From Squalus acanthias (Eukaryota): 64,000 nt of DNA. This document shows positions 37,831 to 50,519 of this stretch, piece after piece. Location of the stretch: positions 558,001-622,000 of the forward strand of contig JASTWF010000048.1 in assembly GCA_030390025.1 (NCBI GenBank), read 5' to 3'. The translations under genes and the position numbers were made by a program. Position 1 is the first letter of the stretch; every line of letters begins with the position of its first letter. The notes beneath the pieces are model-generated. The model was given only the letters and a program-made list of their open reading frames with translations. It searched no databases and was not told the DNA's origin.

Positions 37831-39899
37831 TTCTGCGCCGAGGGTCTCACCTCCTGAGTCCCCAAAGCCTTTCCACCATCTACAAGGCACAAGTAAGGAG
37901 AGCGATGGAGTGCAGCTGCAACAACACTGAAAAAAGCTCGACACCGTTCCAGGACAAAGCAGCCTGCTTGACTGGCACCCATTCCACCACCTTAAACATT
38001 CACTCCCGACACCACCGGAACACAGTGGCTGCAGTATGTCCCATCTACAAGATGCACATCACCAACTCGCCGAGGCTTCTTCGGCAGCACCTCACAAACC
38101 CGCGACCTCTACTCCTAGGAGGAGAACTGCAGCAGGCGCATATTTATACCACCACCTCCAAGTTCCCCTCCAAGTCACACAGCTTCCTGACTTAGAATTA
38201 TATCGCAGATCCTTCATCTTCGCTGGGTCAAGATCCTGGAACTCCCTCCCTAACAGAACTGTGCGAGTACCTTCAGCACACGGACTGCAGCGGTTCAAGA
38301 AGGGGGCACACCACCACCTTTTCAAGGGTAATTAGGGAGGGACAATAAACGCTGCCCTTGCCAGCGATGCCCACATCCCAGAAACGAATTTTTAAAAATG
38401 TCATAAGAATTCAGGGGATCTACGCGAAAACACTACATCGTATAAAGTCCCATTCCCCCCAACTCCTCTGTGCTCGCCGATATACTTTGGCTCCCAGTTG
38501 GGCAACGCTTCCATTTTAAAATTCTCATCCTCGTTTTCAAATCCCTGCCACCCTATCTGTGTAATCTTCTCCAACTCTACAACCCTGCGAGATGTCTGCA
38601 CTCCTCCTACTCGGACCTCTTTTGCATCCCCGATTTCCATCTCTCCATCATTGGCGGACGTGACTTCCGCTGGCTAAACCATAATCTATGAAATTCTCTA
38701 ATCCCTAAAACTCTCTATCTCTCTCTCCTCCGTAAGGCACTCGTTAAATCCTACCGATTCGACCAAGATTTATGTCACCTGTTCTAATCTATCCTTATGT
38801 GTTTCGCTGTCAGATTTTGTCTGATAACTGTGTAGTTGGTTGGGTCAGTTGGTTTTACTACATTAACGGCGCTACATAAATGCAACTTGTTTTTGTTGTA
38901 AAGTCATCTCCGCAAGCGTTAATAGGAAAGAACAATAACCAATAAAATTACTGAGCAAGTCTGTCTACTCAATGCTGATTACTCGAGAGTTGTTCTGTGA
39001 TTGATTGATAGCTATCCACACTGAAGTTTACAACCAAAATACAGAGGAGAATTCGCCTCATCAGTCCATCTGGAGTAGCATGCATTTCTCTCGGAATTAG
39101 AATCAACAAACTTATAATTTACTGCACATTCTTCCATTTTCAATCTATTTTCTTGCCTATTGCAATGCAATTGACACCGTGTACGTTCCTACTAACTGAT
39201 ATATTAGTCTTAAGTATCAACACTGCAGAAAAGTGAGTGGAATATCCTGGAAATGCAGCGCTGCTTCTCCCGATCACACACCCTTTTCTCGAGGAAAGGG
39301 GTTGCGCTGTTTAATCAATGCATCAGATTAATGCTAATTATATCGGTTCTCATGCCAGTAATAAAATAATTTGTTGTTTTATTAATGGCGAAAGAAAGTA
39401 GAAGCAAGTCTAGACGTCTATGCACTTACAAGTAGGCTATCCATCGGGGACTACGAACTCACTAACCAATCCAGGGGAGTTCTCAGCGCAGAATACCAAA
39501 GTATTGATGAAAACAATAGAGATTTATGCACCTTAAAGACAGATGCGAAGCAGTCAGATTACTTGTCCTGAACCTATCAATTTCGCGATTACTGTCATGC
39601 GATCCTTAAGTTTCATATGCTACCACGCTAGTAGATGGCGATGTTGCACCACGTCTATTCCAGTCTCAATGGATATTCAATAGAAGATGAGATAATTTAG
39701 GAAAATGCTATAAATATAAAATTTGACCAGGTAACTAGCAGTTCAAATGTAAACATGCTCTCTCCAAACTAGGCTATAATTCTTTGCACAAATATATTGA
39801 TTCTTCTTTAGTGTCAAACGCGATGCATCCTGCTTGCTTAGCTTTGGACTGTGGAACCGTAAAGTCCTAATCTAATCCTTCTGTTAGCCTCTATCACAA

Positions 39900-40462
39900 T
39901 ACCTTGAGTATTGTGTGCAGTTTTGTTCGACTTATCTGAGGAAGGATGTTCTTGCCATGGAGAGTGTGCAGCGAAGATTCACCAGACTGATACCTGGGAT
40001 GGCAGGAATGACGTACGAGGAGAGATTGTCTCGATTGGGCTTATACTCGCTGGAGTTTAGAAGAATCAGAGGAGATCTCATTGAAAATTATAAAATTCTA
40101 ACAGGGCTAGACAGACTGGATGCAGGAAGGATGTTCCCGATGGCGGGTGAGTCCAGAACAAGAGGCCACAGTCTAAAGATAAGGGGTAAGTCATTTAGCA
40201 CAGAGATAAGGAGCTATTTCTTCACCCAAAGAGTGGAAACCTGTGGAATTCTCTACCACAGAAGGCAGTTGAGGCCAATTCATTAAATATATTCAAGAAG
40301 GAGTTAGATATATTTCTTCAGGCTAAAGGTATCAAGGGATATGGGGAGAAGGCAGGGACAGGGTACTGAGTTTGGATGATCAGCCATGATCACATCGAAT
40401 GGCAGAGCAGGCTCGAGGGGCCGAATAGCCTACTCCTGATCCTATCTTCTATGTTTCTATGT
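39900..40462 (+). mobile_element. CR1 3' end
   Basis: ESVQRRFTRLIPG..YEERL..LYSLE.RR.RGDLIE; (TTCTATGT)n tail. Confidence 0.85.
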
Positions 40463-40547
40463 AATTAGGAAAGCTAATAGAATGTTATCGTTCATTGCGA
40501 GGGTAATTGAATACAAAAGTAGGGAGGTTATGCTTCAGATATACAGA

Positions 40548-41073
40548 ATTGAGAGGTCGCACAACACCAGGTTGTAGTCCAACAGTTTTATTTGAAATCA
40601 CAAGCTTTCGGAGCTATCGATTGCCCCTTCCTCAGGTGAAGTAAATAGATACAGAATCGCCAAAGCATATATAGATAGAGAACAAAGCATGTGTACCTTA
40701 CAATTGCAGACCACTAAATTAAATCATCCTGACTATCTGCCGAGTTGTGATAAAGTTAATCAGGTCAGCCAGGAAGGTACCACATCAAAGACATAGCAAG
40801 ATACAACTGAGACAATGAGGTGCAGTCGCAGTGGTTCTGACGTGTCAAAAGCTGCCGTCTGTATGTAAAACGAAAAGCTTTAAAAATTTTAATTTTTTAC
40901 TGTGAAAATTTTTACTTTTTTACTGGGAATCACATCTGTGAACAAGCCAACGACGACTCGAGTCCGGATCACGTCATGTATCGTGACATAAACCCAAGAT
41001 CCAGGTTGAGACCGTCTTCATGAGTGCGGAACTTGGCTATCAGTTTCTGCTCGATGATTTTGCGTTGTCGTGT
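40548..41073 (-). mobile_element. Penelope-like element 3' fragment with a hammerhead motif
   Basis: Minus-strand TRQRKIIEQKLIAKFRTHEDGLNLDLGFMSRY (PLE ORF C-terminus) followed by pLTR-like sequence. Confidence 0.72.
40598..40639 (-). ncRNA. Minimal type-I hammerhead ribozyme motif
   Basis: TCAC-CTGAGGA-A-GGGGC(AATCGATA)GCTCC-GAAA-GC-TT-GTGA: intact core, stem I and stem II, palindromic AGCT stem III. Confidence 0.55.
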
Positions 41074-42620
41074 AAATGGCAGAGCAGGCTCGAGGGGCCA
41101 AGTGGCCCACCTCTGCTCCTAATTCGGATGTTCGTACGTATGTTAGGATACATGCTCATATTACAAAGATATTAATATTGACGTCAGTATTGTGAAGTAT
41201 TTTTTACCGTTATGTTAAATGCTAAATATCTGCTAAGTGATATAAATTTAAAGGGGGTGCACGGAGAGAGAGACCTGGAAGTGTTTTTGGACTAATCTTT
41301 GAAGGAGACACGACAGAACATGACACATAACCAAGCAGTTAATAAAACAGATGGTATTCTGGGCTTTATAAATAGAGTCATACAGTACAAAAGCCACCAA
41401 GTTATGCTTAGCCCATATAAAACAATAGCTCGGACACATGTGGAGTATTATGCCCAATTCTGGGCACAACACTTTAGGAAAAACGTGAATACATTGGAGA
41501 GGGCACAGAAGAGATTGAGAAGAATGGTTCCAGGGATACGGTTACGTGGATAGACTGGGCACGCTGGTGTTGTTCCCTTTAGCGCAAAGAAGGCCGAGAG
41601 GAAGTTTGACAGAGGTTTTTAAAATCATCAAGAATCTTAGAAGTGTAAATAGGGAGAAATTGTTTCCAATGGGTGAAGGGTAGATAACCAGAGGGCACAG
41701 ATCTAAGGTGATTGGCCAAACAACCAGCGGCGACATGAGGAATATCTTTTTTACGCAACGAGTGCTTAGTATTTAGAATATACTGCCTGATTGGGTGGTG
41801 GATAAAGATTCAGTGGTAGCTTTGGAAAGGGAGTTGCATAAATCCTTGTAGGAGGAAAAATTGCAGGGTTACGGGGAAAGCGCGGGGGAGTGCCCTTCGT
41901 GTGAATCGGCGCATACTCAATATTCCGAACGTTGTCCTCCTGCACTGTACTATTATAATACTATGTGATGTTATGCACTCTCCTGCCCGTCCCTCTCGCG
42001 TTCAGGTTATGGCGGGAAAGGGTGGTCTATCTTCAAGGCCATCATAGTATGAGATCGGAGCGGGCTAAATGCAACAGAAAGAATGGAAGGGACAGAACGA
42101 AGGAAAGACCGATGAAAAGCAGACATAATGAAACGTCGAATAGAAAGAAGGAAGCAAAGAAGGAAAGAAAGAAAGAAGTAATGCAAAGTGGTAAAGAAAG
42201 AAGGCAAGACAAGTCAGTAAGAAGGAGTGATTTCATAACCCAGCCCATTTCCCTAGTATTACCAAACATAAATGTTTCAGGTCTATGCGGAAAGAGCAGG
42301 GGAGTGGGACTAATTGGACAGCTCTTTCAAAGACCCTGCACAGGCACGATGGGCCGAATGGTCTCCTTCTGCGCTGTAAGATGCTACGATTTGACGCTAC
42401 GGTCTTCCACCTACGTACACAATTTGGCAGAAACAATGCTATCAAAGGAAATGCTTCTCATTTGTTCATACTTTTGACATGGGTGGTCCAAGCAGACGAT
42501 TGGCTGGTCAGTCCTCCCGCGTAATTCATCACCACCGGTGGCAGCACCGTTGAGGAGAGCAATTGTACAGCTGAAACGTTGTCGCTAAGTAACGCTGCCT
42601 GTCATTCCCGGGGAAGAGCG

Positions 42621-43258
42621 ATGTGTTTCTCAGCGAGAATGTTCTTAATCTTGATCACCTTATCATTCGGACATTTGATCTGTTGTAAGTACAATGCATT
42701 GACATACCAATTGCAAACAGTAAATGAAAGAAATTGCAAGTGGAAGTAGATTCAGTAATAACTTTCAAAATGGAATTGGATCAGTACTTGAGTGCTGGGG
42801 TGGGTGGGGATATTTGAAGGGCTGCAGGGAAGTGGGAATAACTGGAGAGCTCTTTCAAAGAGGCGGAATGGTCTGCTTCTGTGCAGTAAGATTCGAGGTT
42901 TTTATGCTACAATTTTCCTTCTATGATTCTGAAATATTGTCTTTGTTTAAACCTAATCCAGGGGTTCGGGCTTCACCCACTGTGGTCCAGTCTCCAGCCG
43001 CGGCCGCTATTCTACCGGGAAAGCCGCTCACTTTCATGTGCAGTTTGGAGGGAGCGAGCATGGGCAGCTATACCATGCACTGGTACAGGCAACATGGAGA
43101 GACAATACAGTGGATTTGCAATGAGAACAGCAGGTGTGGGCCCAGTTTCGAGAAGCGATTCAAAGTGCACCTCGACGCAGCAAACAACCAGTTCACTCTG
43201 CAGCTGGAAGCCTCCGAGCTGACAGACTCTGCGACCTATTACTGTGCGGCGTATTTCG
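42621..43258 (+). CDS. V segment V10 (leader 42621/42639-42684, V exon 42962-43258); open; V-delta-like
   Basis: Leader (MCFSAR)MFLILITLSFGHLIC|gtaagt; FMCSLEGASMGSYTMHWYRQ..IQWICNENSRCGPSFEKRF..NNQFTL..DSATYYCAAYF. Confidence 0.88.
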
Positions 43259-43297
43259 CACAGCGATACAAAACTGCCGCAGACTGATGCAAAAACC
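43259..43297 (+). other. 23-RSS of V10
   Basis: CACAGCG-23-GCAAAAACC. Confidence 0.95.
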
Positions 43298-43369
43298 TTC
43301 TCACCTCCCACCGTGCGCTCTCGCCACCTATGATCGAGCACCCTCTAGGCAGCTCACTGATGGAGCGAA

Positions 43370-44000
43370 ATCATATGGATTTCTACGGCGCCTTTCACGA
43401 CCTCTGGGCGACCCAAAACGCTTTACAACCATCGAAGTACGTTCTTTGTTGTGTGCTCGCCGTTGTAATGCAGGAAACTCTGCAGCCAATCTTTACACTG
43501 GAAGCTGCCACAAACAGCAATGTGATAAAGACCAGATATCAATTTTGTGAAATTAGTTGAGCGATAAATATAAGCCTGTACTTCCACTCCGGCAGTGTCA
43601 GCACACACTCAGTGCTTCCACTCCGACATTGCAGCGCTCCCTGTGTACTGCCCCTCCGACATTGCAGCGCTCGCTCAGTACTGCGTTCCCTAAGTACCGC
43701 CCCTTGACAGTGCAGCACGTCCGCAGTACTGACCCTCTGACAGTGCAGCACTCCCTCAATACTGCTCCTCCGACAATTCAGCGCTCCCTCAGTACTGCCC
43801 CTTCGACAGTGCAGCGCCCCGTCTGTACAGTCCCTCCGACAGTGCAGCGCTCCCTCAGTACTGCCTTCCGACAATGCGGCGCTACCTCAGTACTGCACTG
43901 GGAGTATCAGCCCAGATATTTGTTCTTAAGTGTCTGGAGTGGGTCTCGAACCAACGACCATCTGACTCAGGGACGAGAGAGCTACCAAATAAGCCACGGG
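43370..44000 (-). mobile_element. Deu-core SINE with 32-bp expansion (~43580-43895)
   Basis: Same core and unit as the other copies; B-box-like GGTCTCGAACC near 43945. Confidence 0.65.
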
Positions 44001-45236
44001 TCACACAACTTGCACCAGTCCAACTTACATTTTGGGATAGAGTTGTGAAGTACCATTTGCGGCTGTGCTTTCAGCTGGCTTAGAACTGAGCTCTGGAATT
44101 CCCTCTTTCAACGTCTCCCACAATCTCTCCTCCTTTTATCCTACCTCTTTGATCAAGCTTTTAGACCCCTGCACTAATATGGTGCTCGGTGTCAAATTAC
44201 GAACATATGAACAATGACGGACAGATAAAGACCCTCTGGTCCATCGAGCCTATCCCACACAAATGCGATCCCTTGCGTATCAGCATATATATACTCCACC
44301 CCACCCGAAATCGTCTGATCCCCTGGGAGAGGCAAAAGAAAAGCAGATTTAAAAACTCAGGGCAATTTGTGGAACAAAATCTGGGAAATTTCTTTCCGGC
44401 CCAGCTAAGCAATCGAAACTAGTCCAGCAGCTCACTCTGGCCCTGAATTCCCTTCAGTAACTACCTTCTGTAAGAGGTGATCTCTGCCCCAGCAAGAAAC
44501 AGGTCCAGCTTGAAAGAATTCAGCGACACCACACGAGATGTCTTCCTGCTCCAGAAGTCCACTATTCTTTAGGAAAAGGACCAGCTACTTACATCTGCCC
44601 TAGATATAGCATGATACAACTTATAATTATGACTGCTGGTCCTGCCTAACCTATTAATTGAAACAAACTCTCAACTGGAAAACAATCTATTCCCTTCATT
44701 ATCTTATACACCTCAATCAGATCACCTGTAAGTCTATGCATCTCTAAAGTATAGAGTCCCAACTCTTATCGCCTATCTTGTGAACTAAGGTGCTTTAAAC
44801 TGGGAATTAGTCGAGAGGATCTCACCTGCATCCATTCCAAAGCGTCAATATCACCTACCATGAGAGGAGACGCAAACTGGACACAGTATTCCAAGTGCAT
44901 CCTGACTAATGGATGAGTATGGCTCCTCTTATAATCAGTTCCGCTATGGATACAGCCCAACAGTCTATTTGCTCGAGCGATCGCTTCATGGCATTGCGAA
45001 TGGAGTTTGATAAAGCTCCTGTGAAGCGCATTGGGACGTTTTAAGACGTCAAAGGCGCTATATAGATGGGTGTTGTTGTTGTTGTTGTTGTTATAGACTA
45101 ATTCTTATCTACCGACTATTTTGGGTCCCGGCCCAAGACGAATTTCGGTATGTTTCAACACAGCAGGAGAACACGCATGCACTAACTCACATTCTGTACC
45201 GCAGATATAACTTGAACGTGGCTGCGTCGTCTGGGA

Positions 45237-45253
45237 AATGATGTCACTTCCGG
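45237..45253 (+). promoter_or_regulatory. Vbeta promoter decamer/ETS composite of V11
   Basis: AATGATGTCACTTCCGG ~115 bp upstream of ATG 45362. Confidence 0.7.
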
Positions 45254-45361
45254 GGGCTCGGTTTCGGGTGCTCTCCTCGACGGCCGGTCAATCAGAATCG
45301 GAGGCACTTGTTGTGAGAACACGATCATTGCAGCAATCAATCCGGCCACTTCGATCCAATT

Positions 45362-46931
45362 ATGCAAATAGATTTAATTTTATTTACTTTCCCTCTTTTC
45401 CTGCCGGGTAAGTATCCTGCGTTCAAATAAGATTTTTTTAGAGCGATGTGCTCCATTAGACAGTCGATTTCACTAAACTAGCAGCATTAGATATGCGGCA
45501 GAGTGGGTACAAACTCGTCTTGGGCTATACCGCATTAACGCAGTTGAATATCAGGCGCAAAGCGAATAACGGGCCGTTATTAGCTCCTGTTTTGCGCTAT
45601 CGCCCAAGTTTAATTTCTAACCCACTGTTTAATATTTACTTGGTTAAATTATGAATTGGGGATCAATTGTTTATTTAGGAACAATATAGAAACAAGTTCA
45701 CTAGAAATCATCTGCAAGTGAGGTTTTGCTACGGACATTTGTATAATAACAACATGTATCATTTATATAGCGTCTTTATCATAGTAAAATGTCGCATGGT
45801 GCTTCACAGGAGAGTAAATCAGGCAAAATTGGATCCAAGCCACATAAGGAGCTATTATGACAGAAATAAATGTACTATTTAAATAGCCACTGAAAAGAGG
45901 AGAGAGCGGTAGAGCGTTGGAGATGTTTAGGGAGGGAATTCCAAAGCTTGGGGTCTCGGCCGCTGGATGCACTGCGGCCAATGGAGGGGCAAAGAGAGTA
46001 AGGGACGGACGAGTGGCCAGAATTGGAGGAGTGCAACGCTCTCGGGACTTGTAGGGCTGGAGGAGGCTACAAAGATAGGGAAGGGGCGAGAGGCCAAGGC
46101 ATGATTTGAACACAAAGGATGAGAATTTTATAATCGAAGCACTGCCGCACCAGGCACCAATGTACGTCAGCGAGTCTGTGCTGCAGGGGTGATAGGGGAG
46201 CGGGACTTATTGTGAAATAGGATGATAATGACATATGATGTTGTTGGAAAATACTCCACATGTAACTGACTTGCACTAGTCGCGGACCTGCTCCAGTTTA
46301 CAACCAAATTCGGGCATCGATTTAAGACAGTTGACAAAAGAACCAGAGGGGAGATGAGGAGAAATTGCTTTTTTTTCATCTGAGCGAGTTATGATGACCT
46401 GGAATCCACTGCCTGAAAGGGCGATGGAAGTAGTTTGAACAGTAACTTTCGAAAGGAAATTTGTTAAAGACTTGAAAGGGAGAACATTGCAGGGCTATGG
46501 GTAAAGAGCAGTTGAGTGGGATTAATTGGATAGCTCTGCCAAAGATCCGCCACAGGCAGGATGGGCCGAATGGCCTCATTCTGTTCTGCCGGATTTAATT
46601 AATTCTCTTAATTTGTTTTGTTTTTTAGATTTAACACACGGATTGAGGCCTCTTCAAAGTCCACTCACGCTGGTGATTGCAGAAGAGAAACTTGCAACAA
46701 TAAGTTGCGATGAACAGGATTCGACACCTCAATACATGCTCTGGTACCGCCAATCGGCTGGCCAGGGTCTCACGTTGATCGGATACATTCAAGTCGGTGG
46801 AACGGTTCATTACGAAGAGAAGGATCAAACCCGTTCTGAAATTACAGGAAACGGCGATAGAAACTCTAATCTGAAGCTCCCCAGGGCCGCACCTGCAGAC
46901 ACGGCGGTCTATTACTGTGCGACGAGTGACG
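45362..46931 (+). CDS. TRBV: TCR V segment V11 (leader 45362-45407, V exon 46629-46931); open; paralogue of V1
   Basis: Leader MQIDLILFTFPLFLP|gtaagt; ISCDEQ..WYRQ..YYCATSD. Confidence 0.9.
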
Positions 46932-46970
46932 CACAGTGTTGCAGACTGGTTGAGCGCCCTGTCAAAAAAC
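46932..46970 (+). other. 23-RSS of V11
   Basis: CACAGTG-23-TCAAAAAAC. Confidence 0.9.
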
Positions 46971-47304
46971 CAGCCGCCCCGAAGAGTGTAGAAGGAACGA
47001 AAGAACTTGCAATTATACAGCGCGTTTTACCACCTCAGGGCTTCACGAAGCGTTTCCCAGCCAATGACGCACATTTTTTAAAGTGTGGTCACTGTTGTAA
47101 TCTAAGGAAACACTGCCGCCAATATTCCCACAAGAAGATCCCCACAAACTGCAATGAGCTCATGACCAGATGATCTGTTGTTTTATTGATGTTTCATGTC
47201 ACTAGGAAAAACTCACATGCTCTTCTTCCAAGAGTGTCCGTTCGATGTTTTACATCCACCTTAGAGAGAAGACGAGGCCTCGGTTGAACATCACATGCAA
47301 AATG

Positions 47305-48013
47305 GCACCTCTGACAGTGCAGCGCTCACTCAGTGTTGTCCCTCCGGCAATGCAGCACTCCCTCAGTGCTACCTCTCTGACAGTGCAGCACTCCCTCAGT
47401 ACTACATCTCAGACAGTGCAGCGCTCCCTCAGTACTGTCCCTCGAACCGTGCGGCACTCCCTCAGGACTACCTCTCCGACAGTGCAGCACTCCCTCAGTA
47501 CTGCCCCTCCGACAGTGCAGCACTCCCTCAGTACTGCCTCTCTGACAGTCCAACGCTCCCTCAGTACTGACCCTCCGACAGTGCAGCGTCGCTCAGTACT
47601 TCACTTCCGACAGTGCAGCGCTCCCGCAGTACTACCCCTCCGACAGTGCAACATTCCCTCAGCACTGCTCCTCCGACAGTGCGGCACACCATCAGTACTG
47701 CCCCTCCGACAGTGCAGCACTCCCTCAGTACTGCCCCTCCGACAGCGCAGCGCTCCTTCAGTACTGCCCCTCCGACAGTGCAGCGCTCCTTCAGTACTGT
47801 CCCTCCGACCGTGCAGCGCTCCCTCAGTACTGTCCCTCCGACAGTGCAGCGCTCCCTCAGTACTGTCCCTCCGACAGTGCAGCACTCCCTTAGTACTGGC
47901 CCTCCAACAGTGCAGCGCTCCCTCAGTAAAGTCCCTCCGACAGTGCAGCGCTCCCTCAGCACTGCCCCTCCGACAGTGCAGCGCTCCCTCTGTACTGCCC
48001 CTCCGACAGTGCA
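47305..48013 (-). repeat. 32-bp SINE-internal minisatellite
   Basis: Paralogue of 2340-2715, longer array. Confidence 0.9.
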
Positions 48014-48067
48014 ATTTTTTTTACATGCATGTTACCAGATATCAAAGGTTTTACCTATCAGAAAAGA

Positions 48068-48800
48068 GAGACACCAGTCAGTGTATAGATATCTACCTGA
48101 GAGTGAGTGACTGAGAGACATCAGTCAGTGTACAGCTATCTCCCTGAGGGAGAGGGTCTGAGAGACATCAGTCAGTGCACAGATATCTCCCTGAGGCAGA
48201 GGGGCTAAGACACCAGTCAGTGTACAGATATTTTCCGGAGGGAGAGGGACTGAGAGACACCAGTCAGTGTACAGATATCTCAATGAGAGAGAGGGTCTGA
48301 GAGACACCAGTCAGTGTACAGATATCTCCCTGAGGGAGAGGGACTGAGAGACACCAGTCAGTGTACAGATATCTTCCTGAGAGAGAGTGACGGAGAGACA
48401 CCAGTCAGTGTACAGATATCTCCCTGAGAGAGAGGGACTGAGAGACACCAGTCAGTGTACAGATATCTCCTTGAGGGAGAGGGACTGAGAGACGCCAGTC
48501 AGTGTACAGATATCTCCCCGAGAGAGAGGGACTGAGAGCCACCAATCAGTGTACATAAGTCACCCTGAGAGAGAGAGGGGACTGAGAGACACCAGTCAGT
48601 GTACAGATATCACCCTGAGAGAGACAGGGGACTGAGAGACACCAGTCAGTGTACAGATATCTCCCTGAGAGAGAGGGACTGAGAGACACCAGTCAGTGTA
48701 CAGATATCTTCCTGAGGGAGAGGGGACTGAGAGACATCAGTCAGTGTACAGATATCCCCCCCGAGTGAGAGGGACTGAGAGACACCAGTCAGTGTATAGA
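48068..48800 (+). repeat. 47-bp minisatellite
   Basis: Paralogue of 6101-6912. Confidence 0.92.
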
Positions 48801-49602
48801 AAATTCAATGCTGTTGTTGTCTTTAACAGTTCAAAGTCTGAATTCCATTCCTGCTGTGATAAACCATGATAATGGATAGCCAATGTTCGGTTGACTGTGT
48901 ACAGTTCTGGTCTCCATAATAAAGAAAGGATACAGAAACACTGGAGAAGGTGCAAGAAAAATATTTCAAGCATGATTACCGTGAGAATTGTAACTATCAC
49001 TTTACTCAGGGAGTGGATATGATGTGGAACGCATTATGATAAGTAGTTACAGTACACAGTTGTGGACTACATATCATAAAATGACATAAAGGCACTGGAG
49101 AAGATCCAAAAAAAAGTATTACTGGAATGATAGCAGAACTGCGAGGGTACAACTAACAGGAAAGACTAAACAGGCTGGGGCTTACTTTCTCTAGAAAAGA
49201 GAAGGCTGAGGGCTGACCTGACAGAGGTCTTTAAAATTATTAAAGCTTTCGATAAAGTGGAAACAGAGCGAGAGAGTATTTTCACTTGTGGAGAAGAACA
49301 AAACTAGAGACCATCAACATAAGATAGTCACCAAGAAATGAAATAGGGAATTCAGGAGAAACTTATTTACCCAGAGAGTGGCGAGAATGTGGAACTCGCT
49401 ACCACAGGGAGTGGTTGAGGCGAATAGCATTGACGCATTGAAGGGAAATCTAGATGAACACTTTAGGGAGAAATGATCAGAAGGATATATTGATTGGGTG
49501 AGATGATTGCCAGACAAAAGCATCGGAAGCGGAAGTAGCAGGTTGGGGTAGATGCCAGGGGAGTGAATACGAGAACAGATCATCTGCTGAACGCCTGACA
49601 GC

Positions 49603-50519
49603 ATGACCTCTACCGCTTTGGTGTGTTCCCTGTTGCTGCTTCTCTTAGGTAAGTACATTCTCTGTGGCGGAGTACTTTCAGTTGTCAACTTACTTGTGGT
49701 GTCTCAAATTGTGGTTTTTCCTAACGCAGTTGCTCTGCTTTAGTTTGATAGCAGTCCGTATTCTAATAAGAAATGGGAGCATCACGCCGCAGTACCACCT
49801 CCAACTCAGGACAGACCGGAATAAAAGGAAGAAGTAACTTGCAATTCTATAGCGCCTTGCAGGAGCTCAGGATATTTAAAAGTGTTTACAACGTTTAAAG
49901 TGGTGTCACTGTTATAATGTAGGAAACGCGGCAGCCAATTTGCGCACAGCAAGCTCACACAAATAGCAATATGATAATGACCAGATCATCTGTTTTTCTT
50001 TAGTGATAGTGGTTGAGGGATAAATAATGGCGCAGGACAGGCCGAAGTTGATCCTGGAGTTTTCCTGGTCTGAATGGGTCGGTGCTACATCGGGCCATTT
50101 ATTTACCCCAAAACCCATCGTTCAGTCAGCTTTTCTCGGATTTGATGAAACACTTGTCCCACATTTCTGATTTCAACTTGGCCCCTCTTTTCTATCCCCT
50201 TTCATTTTTGTTCTTCAGCCCCAGCTAGAAGTTCCATCGTCCACCAGTGGGGGAGAAGGTTGTCCGTTGGAAATGGTCAAGTGGTGGAAATGCACTGTTA
50301 CCAGAACGACACCAGCAATTCATACATGTACTGGTACCGGCAGTACAGCGGGGAAGGGTTGCAGCTCGTAGCGACCTCGGTATCCGGCAGCGAGCCAACA
50401 CACGAGGATGGATTCGAAGAAAGGTTTGAAGTAAACAGACCCGATCGTAAGTCCTGCAGCCTGAAAATACTGAGCGTCGTGTCGACTGACACGGCGGCCT
50501 ATTATGCGCTACTGCACAG
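49603..50519 (+). pseudogene. TCR beta V pseudogene V12 (leader 49603-49648, V exon 50219-50519); paralogue of V2
   Basis: 1-bp deletion in YYC (TATTATGCG vs TATTACTGCG) removes the second Cys; RSS CACAGCG-23-TCCAAAACT at 50520-50558; promoter deleted. Confidence 0.88.
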
